A stretch of DNA of 62,599 bases, filler included, from Hausera hauseri (taxonomy: Eukaryota), in assembly GCA_046269625.1 (NCBI GenBank). It is 13 parts of 13 records of this genome, joined end to end, with 100 filler letters (N's around TTAATTAATTAA, not from the genome) between each part and the next. Parts side by side here need not be neighbours in the genome. Positions count along the whole stretch, not along the records: positions 1 to 4,730 come from JBJURY010458245.1; positions 4,831 to 9,990 come from JBJURY010318828.1; positions 10,091 to 14,464 come from JBJURY010611222.1; 10 more parts are not named here. One strand, written 5' to 3'. Every line of letters begins with the position of its first letter. Position 1 is the stretch's first letter. This document shows, piece after piece, positions 1 through 10,261 of the stretch. Under the pieces are notes generated by a model. That model did not search any database. It was not told where the DNA came from and was given only the letters and a program-made list of their open reading frames with translations. A program made the translations under genes and the position numbers.

Positions 1-1915
1 TATTAATTTTTCTAAGATTGACCTCCGCGTCCCGGTCGATTGCGACGTAGTCGAAATGCTATTGACATGCCCAGAAATGTCGCCAGTGTGCCGTTCCTCA
101 AACATCGCTGACTTCAGTCAACCAATAAATTATAATGTGATAGAAAATCGGATCCCAACATTGTCGTCTAAACGTTAGCGACTGTGAACGTCCAGTGGAA
201 AGGTGAAAGAAATTTTGGTAAGATGAAAGATAATTTATCCATGCCAGAAATGTGCAGCGGTTGGCCTTAAGTAGTGTATAAGAGCTTAATTCTGAATGGA
301 GAATTTTGTACAGGAAAGGTTTATGGTAATAAAGAAATCGCTGCACCTGTATCGATGAGAAAATCAACAAATTGCGTTGTAGGAGCGGTGATTGCTGCCT
401 ATAAAGTAAAGACAGCAAAAGAGACGTGTCGGCGTTCAGAAAGTGAAGTAGTGCCTTTGCCAGAGTTTGCCGTCATTTCTGGCGGCGAACTTAGTTTTTT
501 TAAAAGGGTAAACTAGGACGACTATTAGAAGGAAAGATAGCACGTCTATTGTTCGTATCTGATTTGAAAGTGCAGCCTGGAATGCAATTACGAGCTTAAT
601 TTTTGAACCTTGCGTGATAGATGCAAACAACGGTGTCCGAGGAAAATCTCCTGTTATAAAATTCGCACCCCAGGCAGCACTTCTGAGCATTAATGTTAAA
701 TCTGCTGTGGTAATAGCAGATCGACGAAGGCGCAGGCGATGGTGAGCAATTTCTAGACGCAGAACGAACGCATTCAGCGACAAAATCCCCTCGGCGTGAC
801 AAAGAAAGGTCGTTTAATTTATTATTAATATTGTTGATTGTTGCGTGTAGTGCAATATTTTCAGCACGTAGCTGATTAAGCTGTTGTTCTATTGATATGT
901 TATTGGTTTGAGTATCGTTAGCTGCAACTGCTGCCGAAACAACTGGTAGGGAATTTACGTGTAGAACGTCGTGTGTCCTATCGGCTAATTCGGCCAATTT
1001 CTCAAGAGCCGTGGAGTCCTCCACCACGGTAAGTAGGACCCGGATTTGCATAGGTAACGCATTTAGGAAATAGTGTAGCAGTAGGTCTGGATTGTGTTTT
1101 TTAGTGACGCCGATGGTATGTAGATGTGCCAAAGAGATGCGTAGGAATTCTGATGGTAGTTGCGTGCCTATAGCATTGTTGTGGAAGAATCGTTGTATGA
1201 TCGTGTCCATGGAGTGTTCTGTGATCTTAAGAACGGCGTTGAAGAGTTGGGGATATGGGTCAGGAAGTTCAAAGATTTCGATGATGTTGTGAATTCGCGT
1301 TTTGATGTTGTTAGGGAGTAAGAAGAGAAGATTATGTGACTTGGTTAATGAATCAGTAATATTAATTGCCTGCAGCCATAGTTGATGGAATTGCAACCAA
1401 GTTTTGCTGGAGCCTTGCTTGTCAATAAAGAATTGGGTGCAGGGAGAAAGAGGAGCGGAAGAGGTAATAGGTGTGAGGTTGCTAGCAGGGGTACGAGTGG
1501 GTTTTTGAAGCAATATAACAGGTTTTGGTTTCGTGGTAGTTTTATGCGTGGTGTCTATGGTTGGCGATGAGTTCATGCCACCACGGGTACGGAAATGTAT
1601 GTGGAGATTAGTGTGGGTTGAAAAAGATGGTAGGGTTCCGGTGAGGGGTATTATAAAACCGTTAAATGTAAGATAGAAATAGGAAGAGTTGAGTAAGAAA
1701 GAAACGAAGCTATGAAGGGTTGCAATATGTAAATGTGATGTAATGAGTGTGTATATGTGTTCATTATTTAGGAAAAGGAAAATAGAGAGGGGGAAAGTAG
1801 TGTGCCTGGGGGTGTCTTGTGGGGATGACGCGAAAGGCGCCGTTTGATTGACCGGTGCAGGGTTGACGGCCGGGACCCCAGCCACGTCGCGGCGGGCCCC
1901 AAATTGCGGGGTGAC
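1..1915 (-). mobile_element. Decayed Ty3/Gypsy LTR retrotransposon: gag and aspartic protease
   Basis: ORF 596-2008 has Gypsy gag-like text (WLQFHQLWLQAINITDSLTK...LEKLAELADR...CYYHSRF...CC.GC). Protease site FLIDTGAAISL at about 330-362 (minus) and PR end MLGSDFLSHYNLLVD at about 125-165. A degenerate tRNA-Trp-like PBS (CGGTCACCCCG on minus) lies near 1907-1917. Confidence 0.8.
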
Positions 1916-1949
1916 CGAATTTCCCCTCAAAAGTGCGTCCATTGCTACT

Positions 1950-2963
1950 TGGCCTTTCTGAATTGCCATAATGACATTTGTAGGCTTGACTGCTCCGCGA
2001 TATTTCATAACAATCGATATGAATTTCCCTTTATTTAAGTCGGTTTAAGTCATTTGGTGATCTTTTGAGGAGACACGTCTTATAATTTGTTCGACCGATG
2101 GACTGGCATACTTAATTCGTGTTTCGTGCGGGATTGGAGAATGTTTCATTAATGCGTGGTGTATCCTTGGATACGGTATTAAATTTGTATGCATTTCTTT
2201 CAAACCAGACATCATCGTTGTTTCAAATCGCGCTGATGCTGTAGATGAGCTAATCATTAGAGATATTATTCGATTGAGATTAGGATAATTAGGTGAATTC
2301 ACAAATAATAGATATTTACAAACATCATAAATAGCTTCATTATTAAAAGGTGTAGGCAAATTACACGTATCTAGTGTTGTATGACTATGGAATAAGCTAT
2401 TGTATGGTTCAACAATCGCCGTAGGCATTATCGAGCTGGGAAACAATGCCAATTGTATTCGGTTTGTTTTGAGATAATCAACGGCTATTTGCTGCATTAT
2501 CAACGCACCAACTCTAGGCCCAGTACCACCACTCATACTGTTAATGACGATAAATGCATCAAAATTATTCGTAATTTCAGCTAGTTTAAATAGCTGTGGT
2601 AAAAAACAATCTTATTAGTTGTACACCAGAATTGAGGCTTCCTCGCGCACAACTGTTAACGGAATCTTCACAGTCAGTAATCATTGATTTTCCACTAAAA
2701 ATATTTCGATATGCACCAGTCTTAATATCATTTATGCATGTGGGCTATGAATCGACAAGTATCGTTTCTGGATTCAACTTACAGTGGTTTACTGGTAGGA
2801 ATAATACTGTCGTTCGGTCAGGTTCGTCAGCTAAATTATTATCTGTTAATGTTTTTAATCCATCTGGATCAATAGTGTGTTCAAGACATAATAATTCCCA
2901 CAGTGCACTGGCACACTGCACACCAAACTGACCAATATGTATAAAAGCGACTTCAGACGGCAT
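1950..2963 (-). pseudogene. Highly divergent alpha-tubulin-like pseudogene, 3'-truncated
   Basis: MPSEVAFIHIGQFGVQCASALWELLCLEHTIDPDG; SMSGGTG; IVEPYNSLFHSHT; FNNEAIYDVC; PNYPNLNRIIS; TNLIPYPRIH; YRGAVKP. It has an in-frame stop at 2745 and frameshifts, with no obvious introns. Confidence 0.85.
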
Positions 2964-3007
2964 GCAATTATATAGCAATGGTTTTGTAATGGCAGTTGAA
3001 AAAAATG

Positions 3008-3430
3008 TTACTGGCACCAATTGTAAATTCCAAAAGAAATATCCGCAATTGTTGAGTTCTGCCACGCACCGTCATCCAGTAGAGTATCCGACATGACATC
3101 AACTTTCACTAGTGACGTTTTTACTGACGTAATAGCGTCTTTTTTCTGAACGAATTCTTCTGCATTATCCAATAAGGCAATATTCGAGATAGTGTCTTGT
3201 TGTAACCATTGCAACGACTGTAAATTCGCGTATAATGGAATATTACAAGAATTGCAATTAGCTTTCGGTAAAGATTTGACATTCATGGGTTTCATGTTAT
3301 GAATATTACCGAATTTATTGTTTAATATAATTGCAGAACCGTTTTTTTTGTTATTGTCCATATTTACAATCATCATTATACGAGCACGATATGGAAGATT
3401 GTATAAACACTGACTGATTTCTGACACCAA
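3008..3430 (-). CDS. Unknown ORF or gene fragment between the structured terminus and the tubulin-like sequence
   Basis: 140-aa open frame, same orientation as the tubulin-like sequence; no recognised domain. Confidence 0.3.
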   Translation of the reverse strand: MVSEISQCLYNLPYRARIMMIVNMDNNKKNGSAIILNNKFGNIHNMKPMNVKSLPKANCNSCNIPLYANLQSLQWLQQDTISNIALLDNAEEFVQKKDAITSVKTSLVKVDVMSDTLLDDGAWQNSTIADISFGIYNWCQ

Positions 3431-3589
3431 TTTGTTGTTGAACTGGCCGATAAATATCCGGATATATAAAATATAAATTCCAAACGATAAGATTTAAAAA
3501 TTTAAAAAGCAACATGGTTGAATTGATTTATTTGACTTACTTTTCTTTTCTTGTCAAGTCAATTCACATATTTAAACAAATTAACATCT

Positions 3590-3763
3590 GTTCACAGGTT
3601 TTGCTTTAACAGCCTTTTACCGTAAAAATTTTGAGTAGGATAGGAATTGTGAAATTTCGAAGCGGAGAATCGGGCCCAATTGTGGGCCAGACGCGGCGGC
3701 AACTGACGCCCGGCCGTGCCTAACCAAATGGGCCAAAGGGCACCGTCCGCTGTAGGCACTACA
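3590..3763 (-). repeat. Structured ~175-bp element terminus, copy 1 (starts TGTAGTGCC on minus)
   Basis: Clearly alignable to 47916-48092; GC-rich multi-hairpin with compensatory changes. Confidence 0.85.
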
Positions 3764-4730
3764 CTTACCTTCATTTCTTCAATACTTTGTCTGTTCCTTT
3801 CAATATTTGGGAGTCTTTGGAGTTGTTTAATGTAATGCCGCGATTAGCTCCACTTCTGTCAAGGCTTTGCCTTTTGGGTTTGTCGACTCTGTGATAGATT
3901 CTGCATAGTTCTCAACAATATTTGCAACGTATGCGTGCCTGCTGTTCACCCTCTCTCCATATCTTTTCTGACCATACCCCGTCCTTTTGAAATTGTCGGT
4001 ATACGTATTTTGTACTCTTCTGCTCTTATCCAATTTTGTATAGCACTCTTCTTCCCTGTGCCCTCTGTTGTGACATCTATTGCATTTTATGATTATGCAA
4101 TTTCGCCTTATGTGTCCTTGCTGGCCACACTCATAGCATATTATGGGTTTCCTTCCCGGGCAATTCCTGTTAATGTGCCCTTCTTTCTCGCAACCAAAAC
4201 ATCTTGGTACATATTGGAGGTTGCATGTTCTGCTTGTGTGCCAGTCTTTTTGGCACGACCAGCATTTCATCGTGCTCTTTGCTGCGTATTGTGCAGTTTG
4301 AAGTCCTTTCTTTCCTGTCTTGGTTTGTCAAATTTGTTCACCGCCACATCCCGGTAACTCCGTCGACCCTCCCTAGTGTATTCTCTCATTGTGTTTATCT
4401 CTTCCGTCTTTGTTGCTACTTCGTGGACTTTCCGTATTATTTCTTTCATTTGTTCGACACTTTTTTCGTCACTGCAGTAAATTTCCTTTCTCAACTCTGG
4501 ATTGTCGCAACAGTGGATCATTAATTCCTCTGTTAGAGCTTCCAGTGTTACTTTGTGGCTAAGAATTCTCTTCGCCAGTTGTTCAATTTTGTTGAAATAG
4601 GCGTCCGATTCTGCTCCCCCCCCCTCATTCTGTAGTTCAAGGCCTCATGCATATCTCTGCAGAGCGTTGTGGGTTTTGAAAATGCTTTTCTCAACCGGTT
4701 TTGGTACCTTTTCACCTTTTGATTCACCAG
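3764..4730 (-). mobile_element. Ty3/Gypsy-type gag with four CCHC zinc knuckles (frameshifted)
   Basis: CWSCQKDWHTSRTC, CFGCEKEGHINRNC, CYECGQQGHIRRNC, CNRCHNRGHREEEC; interrupted at 3763 by the structured terminus. Confidence 0.8.
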
Positions 4731-4830
4731 NNNNNNNNNNNNNNNNNNNNNNNNNNNNNNNNNNNNNNNNNNNNTTAATTAATTAANNNNNNNNNNNNNN
4801 NNNNNNNNNNNNNNNNNNNNNNNNNNNNNN
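4731..4830. other. Artificial contig linker (N-run + TTAATTAATTAA + N-run); also at 9991, 14465, 21789, 27127, 31486, 35575, 40023, 44163, 48380, 52927, 57254
   Basis: Identical 100-nt spacer with stops in all six frames at every gap. Confidence 0.97.
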
Positions 4831-4859
4831 ATGATTTTATAGTATAATTCATTATAGAA

Positions 4860-5560
4860 AGTATATAATATACATTATGCAGTTCAAATAATACGTTGAA
4901 GGTGCAGGTTAATCAAGAATTAACCAGACCACCACACGAACCCACCCGGAAAAAGTTACACCAGCGCAACTTCCATAAGAAATGTTAAATATCCAAAACA
5001 CTTACATCAAATGCCAGACAGCAGAAACTGCTATAAATGGTTTCAGGCTAACTGGGTTATATGCAATGAATCATGGAGTATTTTCAGATTCAGAATTCAT
5101 AGCTGCTCAAGATGCCGAAAATCAATACATCCTTGATGATACATCTCTGATTTCTACCACCGAACGTGAAACCTATATTTTTCAGGAGCCTTCAACTTCT
5201 GGATCGCCAAAAAATCATCAACGACCTTCTACATCTCATGACATTAGTCCATTTGATATCGCTCTAGTTCCTGAGAAGAGGAGGAAGATATCAAACACAG
5301 GATGTAAAGCTTCTCAATCAAGAGTCATTACTGCATCACCGCGCACAGCAGAATTACTTGCTGCCATGGAGAAAAGGAAAGAGAGAAGGCAGAATAGGTC
5401 GCTACTCTGAGGCAACTCAAAAATAACCCTCGCAGTCAGAAGGGCACAGAGCTAAATCAAATCCTAGGAGAAAACTGAAATTCTCAAAAAACAATGATTG
5501 TTTATCATCAGATAAAGATTTCGTTGCGAATACACCTACAAATGATGGTGCAAAATGGTT
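4860..5560 (+). mobile_element. pogo/Tigger-like (DDE_1) transposase C-terminal remnant
   Basis: AETAINGFRLTGLYAMNHGVFSDSEFIAA followed by ISPFDIALVP...SRVITASP, typical of pogo-type transposase C-termini. Confidence 0.6.
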
Positions 5561-5829
5561 CCGTGTATTGAATTTAATATATTCGATTTCAAAATATTTT
5601 GACTGACTTTTTGGGTGGTTTGAAGTATTTTTTGAATCTATGCAAGAATATGTATTTATATATCGATTCTGTAGCACCAGCTATCCAAAATGTTCAATTT
5701 TTACTTCTTTGGAACTAAATGTCGGGACTACGTTTAATACACTAGTGTAATAAATTGAATGAACAACGATAAGGTTCATTTTTGTCAGAGTTATACAGTT
5801 CAATACAGAGTTATAAGGTTCAAGTGCAA

Positions 5830-6165
5830 ATACCAGTTCGAGATTTGGTGGGGGAGACCTGGAAAAATAAAAAATCTGAGCTGTTGTGTACTAGGAACTT
5901 GCAAATAGATTCAAATTGAAGAACACTACTGTCTCTCAAATTATTCAACGATTTAAGTTGCAGGTTCAGTGTCAGATTAGTCCGGACGGGTCGAAATCAA
6001 TTTTTAACGGTTCGAGGAAAACGTATGGTTTTCTAAGAAATGACGAAAACTTCATTTACAAGTTCCAGCAAGCTTGACGAAATGGTTCAAATAGATTTCC
6101 AGAAAAAAGGTCCCCAAGAAATATCCGAAAAGTACTCAACCAAGCTGAACTATGAGGATGCACAG
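5830..6165 (+). mobile_element. Tc1-like transposase N-terminal HTH remnant
   Basis: ELANRFKLKNTTVSQIIQRFKL..GSV..RTGR(GRP-like)..RNIRKVLNQAEL, read across frameshifts. Confidence 0.55.
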
Positions 6166-8750
6166 TAGGCTGGGACAAAAATATATGAAGTAAACTATTA
6201 CTATCAAAACATGGTACTACCAAAGGCTAACTTGCAAGACTTCAGTGAATTTGGGTTATTTTAAAGGTCCACAACTTTTGTTTAAAAATCCCGCTTTCAT
6301 AAATAATGCATAATGAGCAGTGTTGAACAGGAATCTCTTGTTTAAATCTCTTACTGACGTAGATGGCTACAGTAAGTCAGTTAAATGACACTCAACTAAA
6401 AGGCGGTAAAAGGTAGACTATAATATAATGGCATATAAATATGTTTTACAGTCCACAACAGTGAAGACTTGCCAGCATCATAATAGGCCTATTGGTGTGA
6501 ATGTCATTACACAAGTGAATGCTTGGCTTCCAACTGGGATTTCTTCATACATGATCTCTCGGCTGAAACCAGCATCCAACGTAGTGAATAGTGACCAAAC
6601 ACCTTCGTTGAAACCANNNNNNNNNNCCATGGTAAAGTCCTTTACAACACATTCAACGGTTTGGGTGTAGAAGGCAGTCTTGGTATTCTAACTGGTCCAA
6701 TTTCTGTAGCTGCTGAGAGCTTCTCATCTGATATTGAGGGCAGCATTGATGGTGGCGTGATGGGACAAAATTTCCAGTCAATGAGGTCATAACACGACGT
6801 TACTGAAAAGTTAAATTTTATACTTGACTTAGAAAATTTGTGCACACTTTGTCACCATCAACGTTCTTTCATGCGAACACTATTTTCCCAACAGTATATC
6901 TTCGCTCAACAAAAAAGCCATTTATAGCAGCTATCAGAATATTCTCTGGGTTTGCAAAATGACTTTCTTGAAATCGTGTTTTGAACGCATTCGCACATCT
7001 GATCATCATTCAGTTTACGACACAATCGAACGAGAAAGAACAAGTTCATTGCACCGTCGCAGGAATGTGGATGTGTCTTGATTTGGAACCATTAGGGAGC
7101 ATAAACCGCAACAATGAAAGAAACAAGCTTCTGAAGCTCAATGGATGGCTTCACTGTGCCTATATAAAACCGCAATGTTATATTTGCACGAATTAGTCAT
7201 CTTGCATGTCAAAAAGCACCAAGTTAAGTAGTTTTCTGGTACTCAATATCTCTAGGTTTGTATCCTTGTGATCACATTGCACAGCAAGACATGCCTTCAT
7301 GGGATGTTCCTGGTCTTTACCCAAATCCTTCATTATGTCATCATCAATGTTATTGACATTATTAATAACTGTAACGAACGAAATTATTGACAATTTAGAT
7401 GGATCAAAGTCAAGCTGGCTTCGTACTGGCCTTTGAATTCCTCTGGCCTAGATATTTTACCATCAATAAGTTTTAAGAACGGCAACTCATTGAGAGGTAG
7501 CATACAGACTAGCCACTGAAAAAGACGATTCAGTGAAAGTTCCAGTTGTCTGTTAACTCCACTGTGCTCTCCTGTGTTTATGTTTGTGTTGTCACATGTT
7601 ATGGCACACAGGCTGTTAGATGAATGAGTGTCGTGGGTCACAAACAGTAGTTCTGCACTAGTGCCACATGAGCTCCCATTCTGCGGAGCGACGTGGTCAA
7701 CATATTGTTCATGTGAAAAAGAAACACTTCCATGTTGATCTTCTTTTCTTGTTCTTGTTGCTCTTCTGCCGTCCAGAAGTCTAGTATCATTAATACGACC
7801 AACAAATCCGATGAATACCAATCTTTGCCATGTCTGTGAATGTTGTGCAACTTCCCTCTTCTTCCAGTAATTTCTCTGACGCCTGCGCTTACTTGCTTCC
7901 AGCAAATTCCCAGACTGATCAAGACTCATATCATTTAAGCATGCATTAATTATTGTACATGGATCACGATTATTCAATCCTGTCCTTTACATAATTTCAC
8001 ATAAGTTAGGATACTCGCATCTGTTTTATTCATATCCGTTAATATCATAATCGTCGTCACTTGGATTAGTTACCTCATCTTCACTATCACTGCTTTTATC
8101 ACTTGATTCAGGTGATGTGCTGCTACTTCTGTCCTCTTCTTAGGTTAAAATATTGCTGCACTTGCTGAAGCTGCCAAATTTTGCCTGCAACCTTCGATTT
8201 CTTGCCTTTCACACCTTCTTTGTAGCACTGCTGTAGTCTTTTCATCCACATGTCCTATTGCTATCTTTCTCTGTGACTTTCTTAACACCAAAAGTCCCAT
8301 TCAATGACAGGAACTTTGATAGCACATCAACATTGACCTTTTTGGCAGAACCCCTTATTTAAACACTTGCAAAAACAAATTTCAAAACGTTTCTTGAATT
8401 TAATTTATTCACATTGAAATAAATTTGAAGTTCTTTTTTCTTATGAATACTTCTGTAAATCCTCGCCCTTTTCAGTTAACTTTTCCAAGCTAGCAAGAAT
8501 ACTGCAATGTTTTATAACGGATATTGGTTTTATTCCATGTGCTTATCACATCATCTGCAACTGGCTTGATAATCTTTTTTGTATTGGCATTTTTCTCACA
8601 TTGCTCAAATAAAGTATTTCTGTGCCATAAGCAGCATTTGAAAACATTATCCTTAGTTGGAAGTTGACAACTGGGCAGCTGCTGAGGTTGACCAAATACT
8701 GAATGTTTTGTACTAAGTTGTCACTTTGAGCAGATGCTATTATTGGTATA
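6166..8750 (-). mobile_element. Decayed hAT-related DDE transposon (hATm/hATx-like)
   Basis: CDNTNINTG..SGVNRQLE..L.R.FQWLVCML..NELP..LIDGK...P..FKG; FANPENIL; DLIDW..PP; degenerate PCHTQAVE-like motif near 6650; candidate terminus TAGGCTG at 6166. Confidence 0.65.
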
Positions 8751-8753
8751 AAT

Positions 8754-9076
8754 CAGGGCTTCTTAAACTCTTTTCATTCACGACCCCATTTATGATTGCG
8801 AGTTTCTTGGCGACCCAATATAAATATAAAAGATAAAAAATAAAAAAGACTAAAATCTAGTTCACATTACAGTCAGTGTTATTGAATCATTACCTCGCTG
8901 CACGTGTACGAGCGCATTCCAACCTTTGTGTGCAATTGTGTGTGTGACTGCACAAATACACATCTAGATGTTATAAAATTGTGTATTTAAATATTTAACA
9001 TTAAAATCTCTCGCTACCCCACAATTTTGCTACGCGACCCCATTTGGGGTCGCGACCCATAGTTTAAGAAGGCCAG
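8754..9076. mobile_element. Non-autonomous hAT (Charlie-like) MITE
   Basis: Imperfect TIRs CAGGGCTTCTTAAACT ... AGTTTAAGAAGGCCAG and subterminal CGACCC repeats; TSD not preserved. Confidence 0.75.
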
Positions 9077-9082
9077 ATCTAT

Positions 9083-9990
9083 AGTTTAACTCATTTGTCC
9101 CGCCATTATTTACTAACCATTCTCTGACGTCCTTTACATATGTGGTTAACTCACATTCTTTTTCAACCATCTACTCGGATGATACTATTACTTTCATCGC
9201 TCTCTCAGGTTTACTCCTCAAGATTTTAGCGCATTTCTTTATCAAAAGTTTCGGCAATGTACCATGAACCGTATTCTCGCTAGATAATTTAGTTAAGGTT
9301 GAAATGAGTTGTCTCAACTTACCCTCAGTAATGTTTACATTAATTAGTTCGATTAAATCCTTTTCAGTTTGCGCTGAGTCTAGCAGAATCTCCACGTCGA
9401 ATCTCCTACTCTGCGGGACTGTTTCTATTTCATTTAGGTGGTCTGGAGTTATAGGATTTGCGGCCGTTATCGCCTCTAGGTACGTATCCAATTCCGGTTC
9501 ACTTCCAATATCTGGAAGTCCATAGCCTACTAAGGCTATATTCGTTCTTTGCACATTTTCTCGAATCTCTTAATCTTGGTTGTATTTCTTTTATCTGCGT
9601 AGTTCGGAATCCTATTCCGTTTCCACAGGCATGCTGAATCATTTTCGGTAATTCGCCTATTTCATTGGAATCGATGAATCCCTTTTGGTGATAATCGGTT
9701 AGTTCAATAATCACATCTCTGCCATCTTTGTACAAATTCTCGCTTATTTTTGATTTCTGATTCGGTAAAAGCGTATTTGTTCCAGTAGATCTCGAGCTCT
9801 TTTACTAATTCATTTAAACACATTGCTCTTTACTTGTTTTTATGCACGTTTCTTCAACCTGTCTTATTTTACGCAACAATTGCCTCATCCTTTCATCATT
9901 AATCTCTGCCATTTCTACTAATAGGAAGGCTAACTCGTACATCTCATTTATGACTTTTAAGTCGGGATCTATCGCATCAAGCAGCTACTC
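9083..9990 (-). mobile_element. Large Gypsy family: ORF1 fragment (coiled-coil to start of UBL domain)
   Basis: IIELTDYHQKGFI, ALVGYGLPDIG, DLIELINVNITE match 18422-19294 and 62014-62599. Confidence 0.85.
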
Positions 9991-10261
9991 NNNNNNNNNN
10001 NNNNNNNNNNNNNNNNNNNNNNNNNNNNNNNNNNTTAATTAATTAANNNNNNNNNNNNNNNNNNNNNNNNNNNNNNNNNNNNNNNNNNNNTATTATAATC
10101 ATTCAATCCATACCTGCTGCGGACTTTCATTTGGAGAAACGTATAGGATTCAATACGCAACAGGAAAAAGCGACCAGAGCTACAGAACATATTTCTCATA
10201 TCCCGGTACTACACATTATTTCCATCGACCATACTTTCTTATTTCATTCTATACTAAGGTC

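Noticed and set aside
596-2008. 470-aa ORF as one real protein
   Set aside because: A chance fusion of tubulin-like tail, Gypsy leader and gag
3600-3640. U5 snRNA (GCCTTTTAC loop-1 word plus a T-rich Sm-like site)
   Set aside because: No flanking stem around the loop, wrong spacing, and the G-U evidence favours the opposite strand
3757-3763. CACTA/EnSpm terminus (CACTACA)
   Set aside because: Orientation is reversed relative to the element boundary, and copy 2 reads CACCACA
3762-3770. U1 snRNA 5' end (ACTTACCT)
   Set aside because: It lies at the junction outside the conserved block, is absent in copy 2, and no U1 body follows
4731-4830. Recurrent TTAATTAATTAA motif as a biological repeat
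   Set aside because: Always centred in N-runs; it is an artificial all-frame-stop linker
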